Shown: positions 37,839-46,093 of the stretch, one piece after another
Layout: each line of letters starts with the position of its first letter
How positions within the stretch are numbered: position 1 is the stretch's first letter
Source of the DNA: an uncultured Acidobacteriota bacterium
GTDB lineage: Bacteria > Acidobacteriota > Thermoanaerobaculia > UBA5066
DNA: 64,000 nt
Assembly: GCA_963779415.1 (NCBI GenBank)
Contig: CAVZYA010000003.1
Location: forward strand, 320,001 to 384,000
Direction: 5' to 3'
Notes under the pieces: generated by a model
The model's input: the letters and a program-made list of their open reading frames with translations, nothing else
Database searches by the model: none
What the model was told of the DNA's origin: nothing
Position numbers and translations under genes: made by a program

Positions 37839-39476
37839 TTGGTGAACGATCCCGCAGCCGGCCGTTCCGTTTTCCGCCGCCGTCTCACGGCGATCGCGTT
37901 TCTCGCCGCCGTCACCGTGGTCGGCGGCCTGATCGGCCCGCGCCTCGTCGCCGTTCCCGACACGACGAGCGCCGGCATGAAGGAGTATGCGGACCTTCTC
38001 GCGACGACCCGCGCCTGGTACGCGGACGACATCGCGCCCGCGAAGCTCGTCTACGCGTCGATCCAGGGAATGCTCTCCGGCCTCGACCCGCACACGAATT
38101 TCCTCGAGCCCGAGGAGTACGGGGCGATGCAGGAGAGGCAGCGCGGCTCCTTCTACGGCCTCGGGATCATCATCTCGAAGCGGAACGGGAAGGTCACCGT
38201 CATCACGACGCTCGAGGGCTCCCCCGCCGATCGTCTCGGCATCCGCGCCGGCGACATCATCGACCGCGTCGAGGGACAGTCGATCGACGACCTCGCCGTC
38301 GACGCCGTGGTCCGGAAGCTCAAGGGTCCGAAGGGGACGAAGGTCCGGGTCACGATCGTCCGCCCGGGCTTTCCCGAGCCGCTCCAGATGACCGTGACGC
38401 GGGCGGAGATCCCGACGAATTCGGTCTCTTACGCCTTCATGATCGAACCGGGGGTGGGCTACATCCGCCTCAAGGATTTCACGCAGACCTCGTCGCAGGA
38501 GCTCGGGGAGGCATGGGACCGCCTCGAGAAGCAGGGGATGAAGAAGCTCCTCTTCGACCTTCGCGGGAACCCCGGCGGGCTTCTCGACCAGGCGGTCGGC
38601 GTCTCCGACTACTTCCTCTCGAAGGGCGAGAAGGTCGTTTCCACTCGCGGGCGGACGGCCGGCTCGGACCAGACGTTTCTCGCTCCCGGAAAGCACACGA
38701 AGTCCCGCATTCCGGTCGTCGTCCTCCTGAACAAGGGCTCCGCTTCGGCTTCCGAGATCGTGGCCGGGGCGCTCCAGGACCACGACCGCGGGCTCATCGT
38801 CGGTCAGACGAGCTGGGGAAAAGGCCTCGTCCAGTCCGTCTTCAATCTGTCGGACGGGGCCGGGCTCGCCCTGACGACGGCGAAGTACTACACCCCTTCC
38901 GGGCGCTGCATCCAGCGGGACTACAAGGACGTCCTCGAGTACCTCGCCCCCGAGGCCGCGGACGAGAGGGGGGACGAGGGTGCGGAGTCGACCGCGGGCC
39001 GCGAAACCTTCCGGACCGACGCGAACCGCACCGTCTTTGGTGGAGGCGGGATCACGCCGGACATCTTCGTCAAGCCGGAGACGCTCTCCCGCTTTGCCGC
39101 GACGCTCTATGCCCGCGGCCTCTTCTTCGAGTTCGCGGTCCAGTACCGCGCCAAGAACCCCGACGTGCCACGAGACTTCCAGGTCACCGACGCCGTCCGC
39201 GACGAGTTCTTCCGGTTCCTCGACGGCAAGTCCGACCTCGGGTGGGACGGGAAAGCCCGGGAGATGTACACCGCCGAGAAGGACCCGAAGATCGTCGACC
39301 GCGCGATCCGGGAGGAACTCCTGACGGCCGTCTACGGGAGCGAGGTGGGATACCGGTCGAGCCTCGACGGAGACGTCGTCGTGAAGAAGGCGCTCAGCCT
39401 CTTCCCCGAGGCCGAGAAGCTCGCTTCGGCCCGCGCCGCGGCCCTGGTCGCCCGGGCGTCGACGCCGCCGCGCTGA
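37839..39476 (+). CDS. S41 family C-terminal processing protease (PDZ)
   Basis: LDPHT, GLGIII, DLRGNPGG, SASASEIVAGALQD, SWGKGLVQ and GGITPD motifs. Start is TTG 37839 or GTG 37842. Confidence 0.93.
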   Translation: MVNDPAAGRSVFRRRLTAIAFLAAVTVVGGLIGPRLVAVPDTTSAGMKEYADLLATTRAWYADDIAPAKLVYASIQGMLSGLDPHTNFLEPEEYGAMQERQRGSFYGLGIIISKRNGKVTVITTLEGSPADRLGIRAGDIIDRVEGQSIDDLAVDAVVRKLKGPKGTKVRVTIVRPGFPEPLQMTVTRAEIPTNSVSYAFMIEPGVGYIRLKDFTQTSSQELGEAWDRLEKQGMKKLLFDLRGNPGGLLDQAVGVSDYFLSKGEKVVSTRGRTAGSDQTFLAPGKHTKSRIPVVVLLNKGSASASEIVAGALQDHDRGLIVGQTSWGKGLVQSVFNLSDGAGLALTTAKYYTPSGRCIQRDYKDVLEYLAPEAADERGDEGAESTAGRETFRTDANRTVFGGGGITPDIFVKPETLSRFAATLYARGLFFEFAVQYRAKNPDVPRDFQVTDAVRDEFFRFLDGKSDLGWDGKAREMYTAEKDPKIVDRAIREELLTAVYGSEVGYRSSLDGDVVVKKALSLFPEAEKLASARAAALVARASTPPR

Positions 39477-39993
39477 CGCCCGGCCGGATCAGCCCCCACC
39501 AGAGGGAGAAGGCGATGGCCCAGCAGCCGGCCAGACGGTAGAAGTGCCATAGGCCCGCCCAGACGTTGCGGGAGACGGGCCCGTAGTACGCGGCGCTCCA
39601 GGCTCCGAGCTGGGTGGCGTAGAGCTGCTTGACGGCGATGACGACCGCCGCCACGTGGGTCAGGCCGAGGATCCCGAATGCCGCGAAAAGGCGCACGAGG
39701 CCCTTGTCCCTCAGAAGCCTCTCGCGGGTGGCCGCGAGGGCGCAGAGAAGGATGACGTTGAACGTCAGGTCGTCCACCGGCAGGCTCGGACGCTCGGAAC
39801 GGGAGGCGAAGTCGGCCCTGTCGACGACGAGCCGCCGCTCCTCGGCGTAGAGGCGGGTCGCGGCGGGCCGTTCGAGGAACCGAAGGACCGGCTCCGCGGC
39901 CTCCGCAAGGAGACGCCCGTACGCCGGAAAGGAGGCCGTCCACAGGAGGAGACCGGCCAGAAATCCGGCGGCCGCCCTAAGCGCGAGCCTCAC
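39394..39993 (-). CDS. exosortase H-associated membrane protein (probable)
   Basis: Multi-TM protein (LTFNVILLCALAAT, LGLTHV, WAIAFSLWW) overlapping the exosortase stop region. Confidence 0.65.
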   Translation of the reverse strand: MRLALRAAAGFLAGLLLWTASFPAYGRLLAEAAEPVLRFLERPAATRLYAEERRLVVDRADFASRSERPSLPVDDLTFNVILLCALAATRERLLRDKGLVRLFAAFGILGLTHVAAVVIAVKQLYATQLGAWSAAYYGPVSRNVWAGLWHFYRLAGCWAIAFSLWWGLIRPGVSAAASTPGRPGPRRGPKRASRPRGRG

Positions 39994-40492
39994 GGCTCCC
40001 GGCCCGCCGGCTCCAGAGAAGGAACAGGCCGACGGCGACGAGGATCAGGATCGTCTGCCAGACCGCCGTGTGGAACATCTCGAAGACGCCCCGTCGGTGA
40101 ACACCGAGCCAGAAGAGCGAGACGACCCGGACGAGGTTGAGTACCTGAATGACGGCGACTCCGACGGCAATTCCCGCGAGGCGCTTCCCCCATGAAGCGG
40201 GGAACGCGAGAACCGCGGCGACGAGGATGAGCATCGCCTCGACGCCGTTGCAGCCGTTCTTCACGTCCACGGCGAATCCGGGCGACTGGATCTGAGTGCC
40301 GACCGACCTTGCGGGCTCGCCGAGCACACGCAGGAGCGCCGTCGACACGGTCACGATCCGCGCCGTGAACGGAACGATCACATGGTCGTTCGTCGGCTGC
40401 ACCGCCACGGCCAGGTAGAACAGACCGAGGAAGGCGGCGAAGCGGACGAGAAATCGGGTCTCGGGTTTCGCCGCCGGCCTCCTACCGAACAA
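39977..40492 (-). CDS. xrtH: exosortase H
   Basis: FAVDVKNGCNGVEAMLILVAAVLAF (Cys), LNLVRVVSLFWLG (Arg) and FHTAVWQ (His): the exosortase triad in a short single-domain form. Start uncertain (TTG 40492). Confidence 0.85.
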   Translation of the reverse strand: MFGRRPAAKPETRFLVRFAAFLGLFYLAVAVQPTNDHVIVPFTARIVTVSTALLRVLGEPARSVGTQIQSPGFAVDVKNGCNGVEAMLILVAAVLAFPASWGKRLAGIAVGVAVIQVLNLVRVVSLFWLGVHRRGVFEMFHTAVWQTILILVAVGLFLLWSRRAGSREARA

Positions 40493-42156
40493 GCGTCTGG
40501 TTGTAGACGAGGAAGCGCCGCGTCGCCGCGGCACGCCTCACGCCGAAGGCATCCTGCACTTCGATCGTCAGGTCGTGTTCGCTGTTGCTCAGTGCCGTCG
40601 TATCGAGGAAGAACCGGAAGCGCGCCATCCAGTTCTGGGGAAAGTAGGGATAGAGAAGCGCGATGTCGGGGCTCAAAATCCCGTACTCCGCATAATCCAG
40701 CCCGGTGACGGCGTCCGTCTGAAAGACGCCGTCGATCTTGATCCGGACCTTCTGCACGGTGTTGAGGTCGAGGGCCCAGCCCATCACCGGGTAGACGCCG
40801 TTCACGAACTCGTAGTTCGTCGGTTCCTCGACGAAGCCGATCGGCGGCGGGTTCGTGCCCTGGCTGGCGCACTCGAGAATGACCGGAACGTCCGGGAGAG
40901 GTGCCCAGGTCTCCTCCTTGTCGTACACCTTCGTCTGGAGGATGTGAGCTCCTTCGGTGAATCCTCCCGTCGTCAGGAGGTACCCGACGTCGAGGACGAA
41001 GAGGAAACCGGGGTTCGGCGCCTGCGGGAAGCCCGGATAGAGAAGCTCGATGTCGGGCCGATAATAGCCATAGCAGTCGATGAGGGCGTTGTTCAGCGCC
41101 GGCTCCCGCCGGCAGTCGAGGCGGCTGTCGAGGAGCGTGACGCCGTCGAGCTCGAGCCGGACGTGGGAGACACCTCCGCGGTCCGAGGGCATTCCCGTGT
41201 CGAGGGCCCACCCCACGACGCGCATCAGGTACCTCGGATCGACGATCTGACCCGCGCCGCCCGAGGGAGAGCCGACGGGCGCCGAGGCGCAGGCGCCAAG
41301 CCATGTGGAGTTCAGGAGGGGCTGCTCGACCTCTCCGAATGGCGCGAGGCCCGGGCCATCGTTGAAGACCTGCACCGTCCGGACGCCGAGGAACCCCTGC
41401 TGTCCCTGGTCGTCCACGGCTTTGGCGCTGATCTGGTGAACGCCGTTCGACATCCGCGTCGAGTCGACGTTCAGGATGAATCCCGAGGCGATGGCAGAAG
41501 GGTCCGCCGGATAGCTCGCCGCGACGTCGGGGCGAGGAATTCCCGGTATCGCCTGCCGCTCGAGCAGGCCGTCGACGTAGACATCCACGTGGTCGACACG
41601 GCTGTCGTCCAGCGCCCAGCCGACGACGGGGAGGACGCCGCTCGCATCCGGAGCGCTCTGGTTCAGCGGGTAGTCGAGGGCGCCGAAGGGGGGCTGGTTC
41701 CGCGTGCTGTCGATGAGGATGGTCCGTGGAGCGAGAAAATAGCAGCACCCTGTCACGTCCGTGCACGCGGACGTAGACGGTGTGACTCCCGTTCGAGTAG
41801 AGCGAGGCCTTGAAGGACCCCTCGAACCCGGGATTTCCGGCCGCGGTCCCGAGATAGCTCGGAAAAGCCTGCATGACGTCGGGCCGCGGGAGCGTGAGCT
41901 TGATTCCGCCCGGCTCCGTGACGCGGTTCGATTCGTCCGTGCCGTCGACGTAGATGTCGATCGACGAGATCTGGTTTCCGTTCAGTGCGAAGCCGATGAC
42001 TCGAACGTACCCGGAGACCGTGGCGCCGTCGGCGGGCGAGTCGATGGCCCCGATGAGCGGAGCCGGGCACGCGGAGTCCGCGCACTGGGCGCCAGCTGGC
42101 GCTGCCGGCGCGAGCGCGGTTGCGAGAAGCGCTACGAGGAGGGTCTTGCGAATCAT
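40482..42156 (-). CDS. secreted protein with four Ig-like 'GWALD/RPDV' repeats (+1 frameshift near 41764)
   Basis: Signal peptide; repeats GAIDSP..IGFAL..RPDV, GALDYP..VGWALD..RPDV, GEVEQP..VGWALD..RPDI and GFVEEP..MGWALD..SPDI; SD AAGGAGG. Confidence 0.8.
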
Positions 42157-42241
42157 CAGTCGCCTCCTTGGGGGCGAGGACTCCCGAAGCCTCGCTTGGA
42201 GAAGATTCCTCCACTCGAAAATGGCAGTTTTCAGCGAACGT

Positions 42242-42271
42242 AGTCTATCGGAGGCCGGAAAGGACTGTCAA
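42242..42271 (-). promoter_or_regulatory. sigma70 promoter for the Ig-repeat/xrtH operon
   Basis: The minus strand reads TTGACA-18 nt-TAGACT about 85 nt upstream of the ATG. Confidence 0.7.
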
Positions 42272-42296
42272 ACCTTGAATTAGGTCCCGCGCGAAA

Positions 42297-43268
42297 TCAG
42301 CCGCTCTCCCCCTCGGCCGCGAGCGTCCGGTGATGTGTGACGACGGACGCTCCGAGCGCATCGGCGTCGTATCCCCCTTCCAGACAGGAGACGATCCGCC
42401 CGCCGGCAAAGGTCGCGGCCACGTCGCAGAGCGCCCGCGTCATCCAGCCGAAGCCCTCCGTGGAGACCCGCATGCCGCCGAGCGGGTCCTTCTCGTGCGC
42501 GTCGAATCCGGCGGAGACGACGAGGAACTCCGGACGGAATCTCTCCGCGAGGCGCTCGAGCGCCGCCACGAACCCGCCCGCGTAAGGGACGTCGCCCGAA
42601 CCGGCCGGGAGAGGGACGTTCGCCGTCGTTCCGCGCCCGAGCCCCCCGCCCGTCTCGTCCGCCGCCCCCGTCCCCGGAAAGAACGGAGACCGGTGAACCG
42701 AGAGGTACGCGACCCGCTCGTCCTCCCAGAACAGGCGCTGCGTCCCGTTTCCGTGATGGACGTCGAAATCCGCGATCAGGACGCGAGAGAGTCCGTGGTG
42801 GGAGAGGAGGTCCTGCGCGACCACCGCCGCGGTATTGAAGAAACAGAAACCCATCGCGGCGTCCGCGAGCGCGTGGTGGCCGGGAGGACGCACCGCCACG
42901 AAGACGGAGTCGGCACGCCCCGAGATGACGACGTCTGTCGCGGCGAGGGCGAGAGCCGTGGCGCGAAACGCCGCGTCGAAGCTCGCGGCGGAAATCGGGT
43001 TGTCCGGCGAATCGAAGAGGGAGACCGCCCCCTCAACGTCCGGCGGCACCGACCGGCAGGACTCCTCGAAACGCCGGATGTAGGAAGGGTCGTGCACGCG
43101 CGACAAGGCGCCGAGCGTCCGCTCCGGGCTCGGCGGGCTTCCGAAGACCGCCCCCGAAAACCGCAGGGCCGAAACCGCTGCCAGAAGGCGTTTCGCCGTC
43201 TCCGGGTGGTACGGCCCCGTGTCGTGGCGGAGGAGATCCGGGTCGTGGAAGACCGGGACGCGCCGCAC
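42297..43268 (-). CDS. histone deacetylase family amidohydrolase
   Basis: HPET, RPPGHHA, GFCFFN, DFDVHHGNGTQ, SAGFDAH and LEGGY motifs. Confidence 0.94.
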   Translation of the reverse strand: MRRVPVFHDPDLLRHDTGPYHPETAKRLLAAVSALRFSGAVFGSPPSPERTLGALSRVHDPSYIRRFEESCRSVPPDVEGAVSLFDSPDNPISAASFDAAFRATALALAATDVVISGRADSVFVAVRPPGHHALADAAMGFCFFNTAAVVAQDLLSHHGLSRVLIADFDVHHGNGTQRLFWEDERVAYLSVHRSPFFPGTGAADETGGGLGRGTTANVPLPAGSGDVPYAGGFVAALERLAERFRPEFLVVSAGFDAHEKDPLGGMRVSTEGFGWMTRALCDVAATFAGGRIVSCLEGGYDADALGASVVTHHRTLAAEGESG

Positions 43269-43310
43269 GGGTCGAGCGTAGCGCACACTGCCGTGGGCTA
43301 CCATCGTTGC

Positions 43311-44339
43311 GTGACGGCCTCTTCCCGCTGGATCCGCTTCGGCGTCTCGATCGGCCTCGCCGTTCTCCTGTTCGGTCTCTTCCTCCGCAACCTCGATTTT
43401 GCGGCCGTCGCCGGGGCGATTCGTGCCGCGCGGCCCGGATGGATCGCCTTGGCCGTCACGGCGGGCCTCCTCGCCACGCCGCCCATCCGTTCCTGGCGAT
43501 GGGGCCGACTGCTCAGGGAATATCCGGCCCGCCCCCTTCACCTGAACGTGGCGACCGCCATCGGCTTCGCGGCGTCGACGCTCCTTCCGGCCCGCGCCGG
43601 AGAGATCGTCCGTCCGGTCGCTCTCTCCCGCCTCGCGAGAATTCCCGTGACCCCCTGTCTTCTCTCCATCGCCCTCGAGCGGCTCATCGACCTGATCTCG
43701 ACCCTCGTCCTTTTCGTCGTCTTCGCGATCGGCTGGACACCGGAGAGCCTTGGTGGGAACGAGGCAGCGCGTTTCGAGCTTCTTCGAAGATCGGCCCTGC
43801 TGATCGGAGCGGGAGCCGCGGCAGCCATCGTCCTCCTGACGATCTTCGCCGTCCGGCCCGATCTGGCGAGAAGGATCGCCGCTCCGATAATTCGCCTCTT
43901 CCCGCCGAGGTTCTCGGGGCGGCTGGAGGCGTTGCTGTCGCACCTCCTCGACGGGCTCGCGGCCCTTCGGAGCCCACGGGACGCCGCCCTCGTCGCCGCG
44001 CAGTCGGCCCTCCTCTGGCTCGTCATCTGTGTCCAGATCTGGTGCACGCTCAAGGCTTTCGACCTGACTTTTCCCTTCCCGGTCACCTTCTTCGTCCTGA
44101 CATGGGGCGTCATGGGCCTCGCCATTCCGACGCCCGGCGGGGTCGGGGGTTATCACGCGGCGATCGCCTACTGCCTCACGGGTTTCTACTCGGTCCCGCG
44201 AAACACGGCTGCGGCATTCGCCCTCGTTTCCCATGCCGTTTCGTTCGTGCCGATAACGCTCCTCGGCCTGGGGTTTCTCCTCGCCGGGGGCTTCAGCCTG
44301 AAGAGCCTTTCGTCGAAGGAGGCGGAGCGGCTCGGCTGA
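43311..44339 (+). CDS. lysylphosphatidylglycerol synthase TM-domain (UPF0104) flippase-like protein
   Basis: RSWRWGRLL, LPARAGEIVRP, ERLID and IPTPGGVG motifs; multi-TM. Confidence 0.88.
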   Translation: MTASSRWIRFGVSIGLAVLLFGLFLRNLDFAAVAGAIRAARPGWIALAVTAGLLATPPIRSWRWGRLLREYPARPLHLNVATAIGFAASTLLPARAGEIVRPVALSRLARIPVTPCLLSIALERLIDLISTLVLFVVFAIGWTPESLGGNEAARFELLRRSALLIGAGAAAAIVLLTIFAVRPDLARRIAAPIIRLFPPRFSGRLEALLSHLLDGLAALRSPRDAALVAAQSALLWLVICVQIWCTLKAFDLTFPFPVTFFVLTWGVMGLAIPTPGGVGGYHAAIAYCLTGFYSVPRNTAAAFALVSHAVSFVPITLLGLGFLLAGGFSLKSLSSKEAERLG

Positions 44340-44538
44340 TCTCTTACGCGTTATATAAACGCATCGCCCGGCGCGGGCCGCCGGTGCCGACGGGAGGCGT
44401 GTCAGGAAGAAAAAGGTGACGTCGTAGGGCATCCTCATCATTTACTTGCCCTTGCCGGATCGGCATCGTTTTCGTCAGACGGGAAATTGCCCGGCGGCGC
44501 GATGCCGCAGGGAAAATCTTTCCTGAAGGAGGACGCGC

Positions 44539-45924
44539 ATGGCCACCGTGACCGAATCTGCCACTCCAGGCGCCAAGCAGGAGACGGCGCCGAAGTCGGC
44601 ACTGAAGAGAGTGCTGTTCGAGAAGATCAAGGAGCACCGTCCCAGGACGCAAAAGCTGGTGAAGGAGTTCGGGGATGTCAAGGTGGGCGAGGTGACGATC
44701 GCCCAGGCGATCGGCGGGGCCCGCGGGGTCCGCTCTCTCGTCACGGACATCTCCTACCTCGACCCGTTCGAGGGAATCCGCTTCCGGGGAAAGACGATCC
44801 CGGAGACTCTCGCCGCGCTCCCCAAGGTCCCCGGATCCGAATACCCGTTCGTGGAGGCGCACTGGTGGTTCCTTCTCACGGGTGAAGTTCCCACGATGGC
44901 GCAGACCCTCGAGGTCGTGGAGGACTTCAAGGCTCGCCGCGGCGTCCCGCAATACGTGATCGACGTCCTGCGCGCCATGCCTCGCGACACTCACCCGATG
45001 ACGATGTTCTCGGCGGCCATCATCGCGATGCAGCGCGAGTCGGTCTTCTTCAAGCGGTACGGCGAGGGGATGAAGAAGGACGAGTACTGGGATCCGATGT
45101 ACGAGGACTCCACCAACCTCCTCGCCAAGCTGCCGTCCATCGCCGCCTACATCTACCGGATGAAGTTCAAGGCCGACACCCACATCCACGCCAACAAGGA
45201 CCTCGACTTCGGCGGCAACTTCGCCCACCAGATGGGTTTCGCAAAGCCGTACGACGACGTGGCGCGGATGTACTTCATCCTCCACTCCGACCACGAATCG
45301 GGCAACGTTTCGGCGCATGCGACGCACCTCGTCGCCTCGGCCCTCTCGGACGCCTACTACTCCCTCTCCGCCGGCATCAATGGCCTCGCGGGCCCGCTCC
45401 ACGGCCTGGCGAACCAGGAAGTGCTCCGCTGGATGATGAATTTCCAGAAGAAGCTCGGCGGGGCCGAGCCGACAGCGGACCTGGTCGAGAAGGCTCTCTG
45501 GGACACGCTGAATGCCGGTCAGGTCATTCCCGGCTACGGCCACGCCGTTCTGCGCAAGACGGACCCCCGCTACATGGCGCAGCGCGAGTTCTGCCACAAG
45601 AACCTTCCCGAGTATCCGCTCTTCAAGCTGATCGACACGATCTTCAAGGTCGCCCCCGACGTGCTGACCAAGCACGGGAAGACGAAGAACCCGTGGCCGA
45701 ACGTGGACGCCCAGTCGGGCGTGATCCAGTGGTACTACGGGCTCACCGAGTGGGACTTCTACACCGTCCTGTTCGGCATCGGCCGTGCCATCGGGGTCCT
45801 CGCCAACATCACCTGGGACCGGGCCCTCGGCTATGCGATCGAGCGGCCGAAGTCGGTCACGACGAAGATGCTCGAGGACGTCGCCTCCAAGGCGATCAAG
45901 CACGACGATCTCGGCTCCGACTAG
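44539..45924 (+). CDS. gltA: citrate (Si)-synthase, eukaryote-like type
   Basis: EGIRFRG, LHSDHESGNVSAH, GLAGPLHGLANQEVL, PGYGHAVLRKTDPRY, NPWPNVDA and IERPKS motifs. Confidence 0.95.
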   Translation: MATVTESATPGAKQETAPKSALKRVLFEKIKEHRPRTQKLVKEFGDVKVGEVTIAQAIGGARGVRSLVTDISYLDPFEGIRFRGKTIPETLAALPKVPGSEYPFVEAHWWFLLTGEVPTMAQTLEVVEDFKARRGVPQYVIDVLRAMPRDTHPMTMFSAAIIAMQRESVFFKRYGEGMKKDEYWDPMYEDSTNLLAKLPSIAAYIYRMKFKADTHIHANKDLDFGGNFAHQMGFAKPYDDVARMYFILHSDHESGNVSAHATHLVASALSDAYYSLSAGINGLAGPLHGLANQEVLRWMMNFQKKLGGAEPTADLVEKALWDTLNAGQVIPGYGHAVLRKTDPRYMAQREFCHKNLPEYPLFKLIDTIFKVAPDVLTKHGKTKNPWPNVDAQSGVIQWYYGLTEWDFYTVLFGIGRAIGVLANITWDRALGYAIERPKSVTTKMLEDVASKAIKHDDLGSD

Positions 45925-45948
45925 AGTTCCCTCATTCACTTTCTTCAG

Positions 45949-45981
45949 GCGCCCGGAGATGACCCGGGCGCTTTCTTTTTT
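45949..45981 (+). terminator. Rho-independent terminator after citrate synthase
   Basis: GCGCCCGG-AGATGAC-CCGGGCGC followed by TTTCTTTTTT. Confidence 0.85.
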
Positions 45982-46093
45982 CCGAACAAGTCACTGTAGA
46001 AGAGTAATTTAAGAAGTGATTTTAGTGTGACTGACGCAGATATTGAATTGAGCCATCAATCTGGATATATACTTGGGACGTAGGAACCGACGC

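Noticed and set aside
39394-39476. 83-bp convergent overlap of the S41 protease and the exosortase-associated gene as an antisense system
   Set aside because: The overlap involves only low-complexity C-terminal tails, which is common in GC-rich genomes.
45982-46093. CIRCE or HAIR heat-shock operator before lon
   Set aside because: Sequence and spacing match neither consensus.
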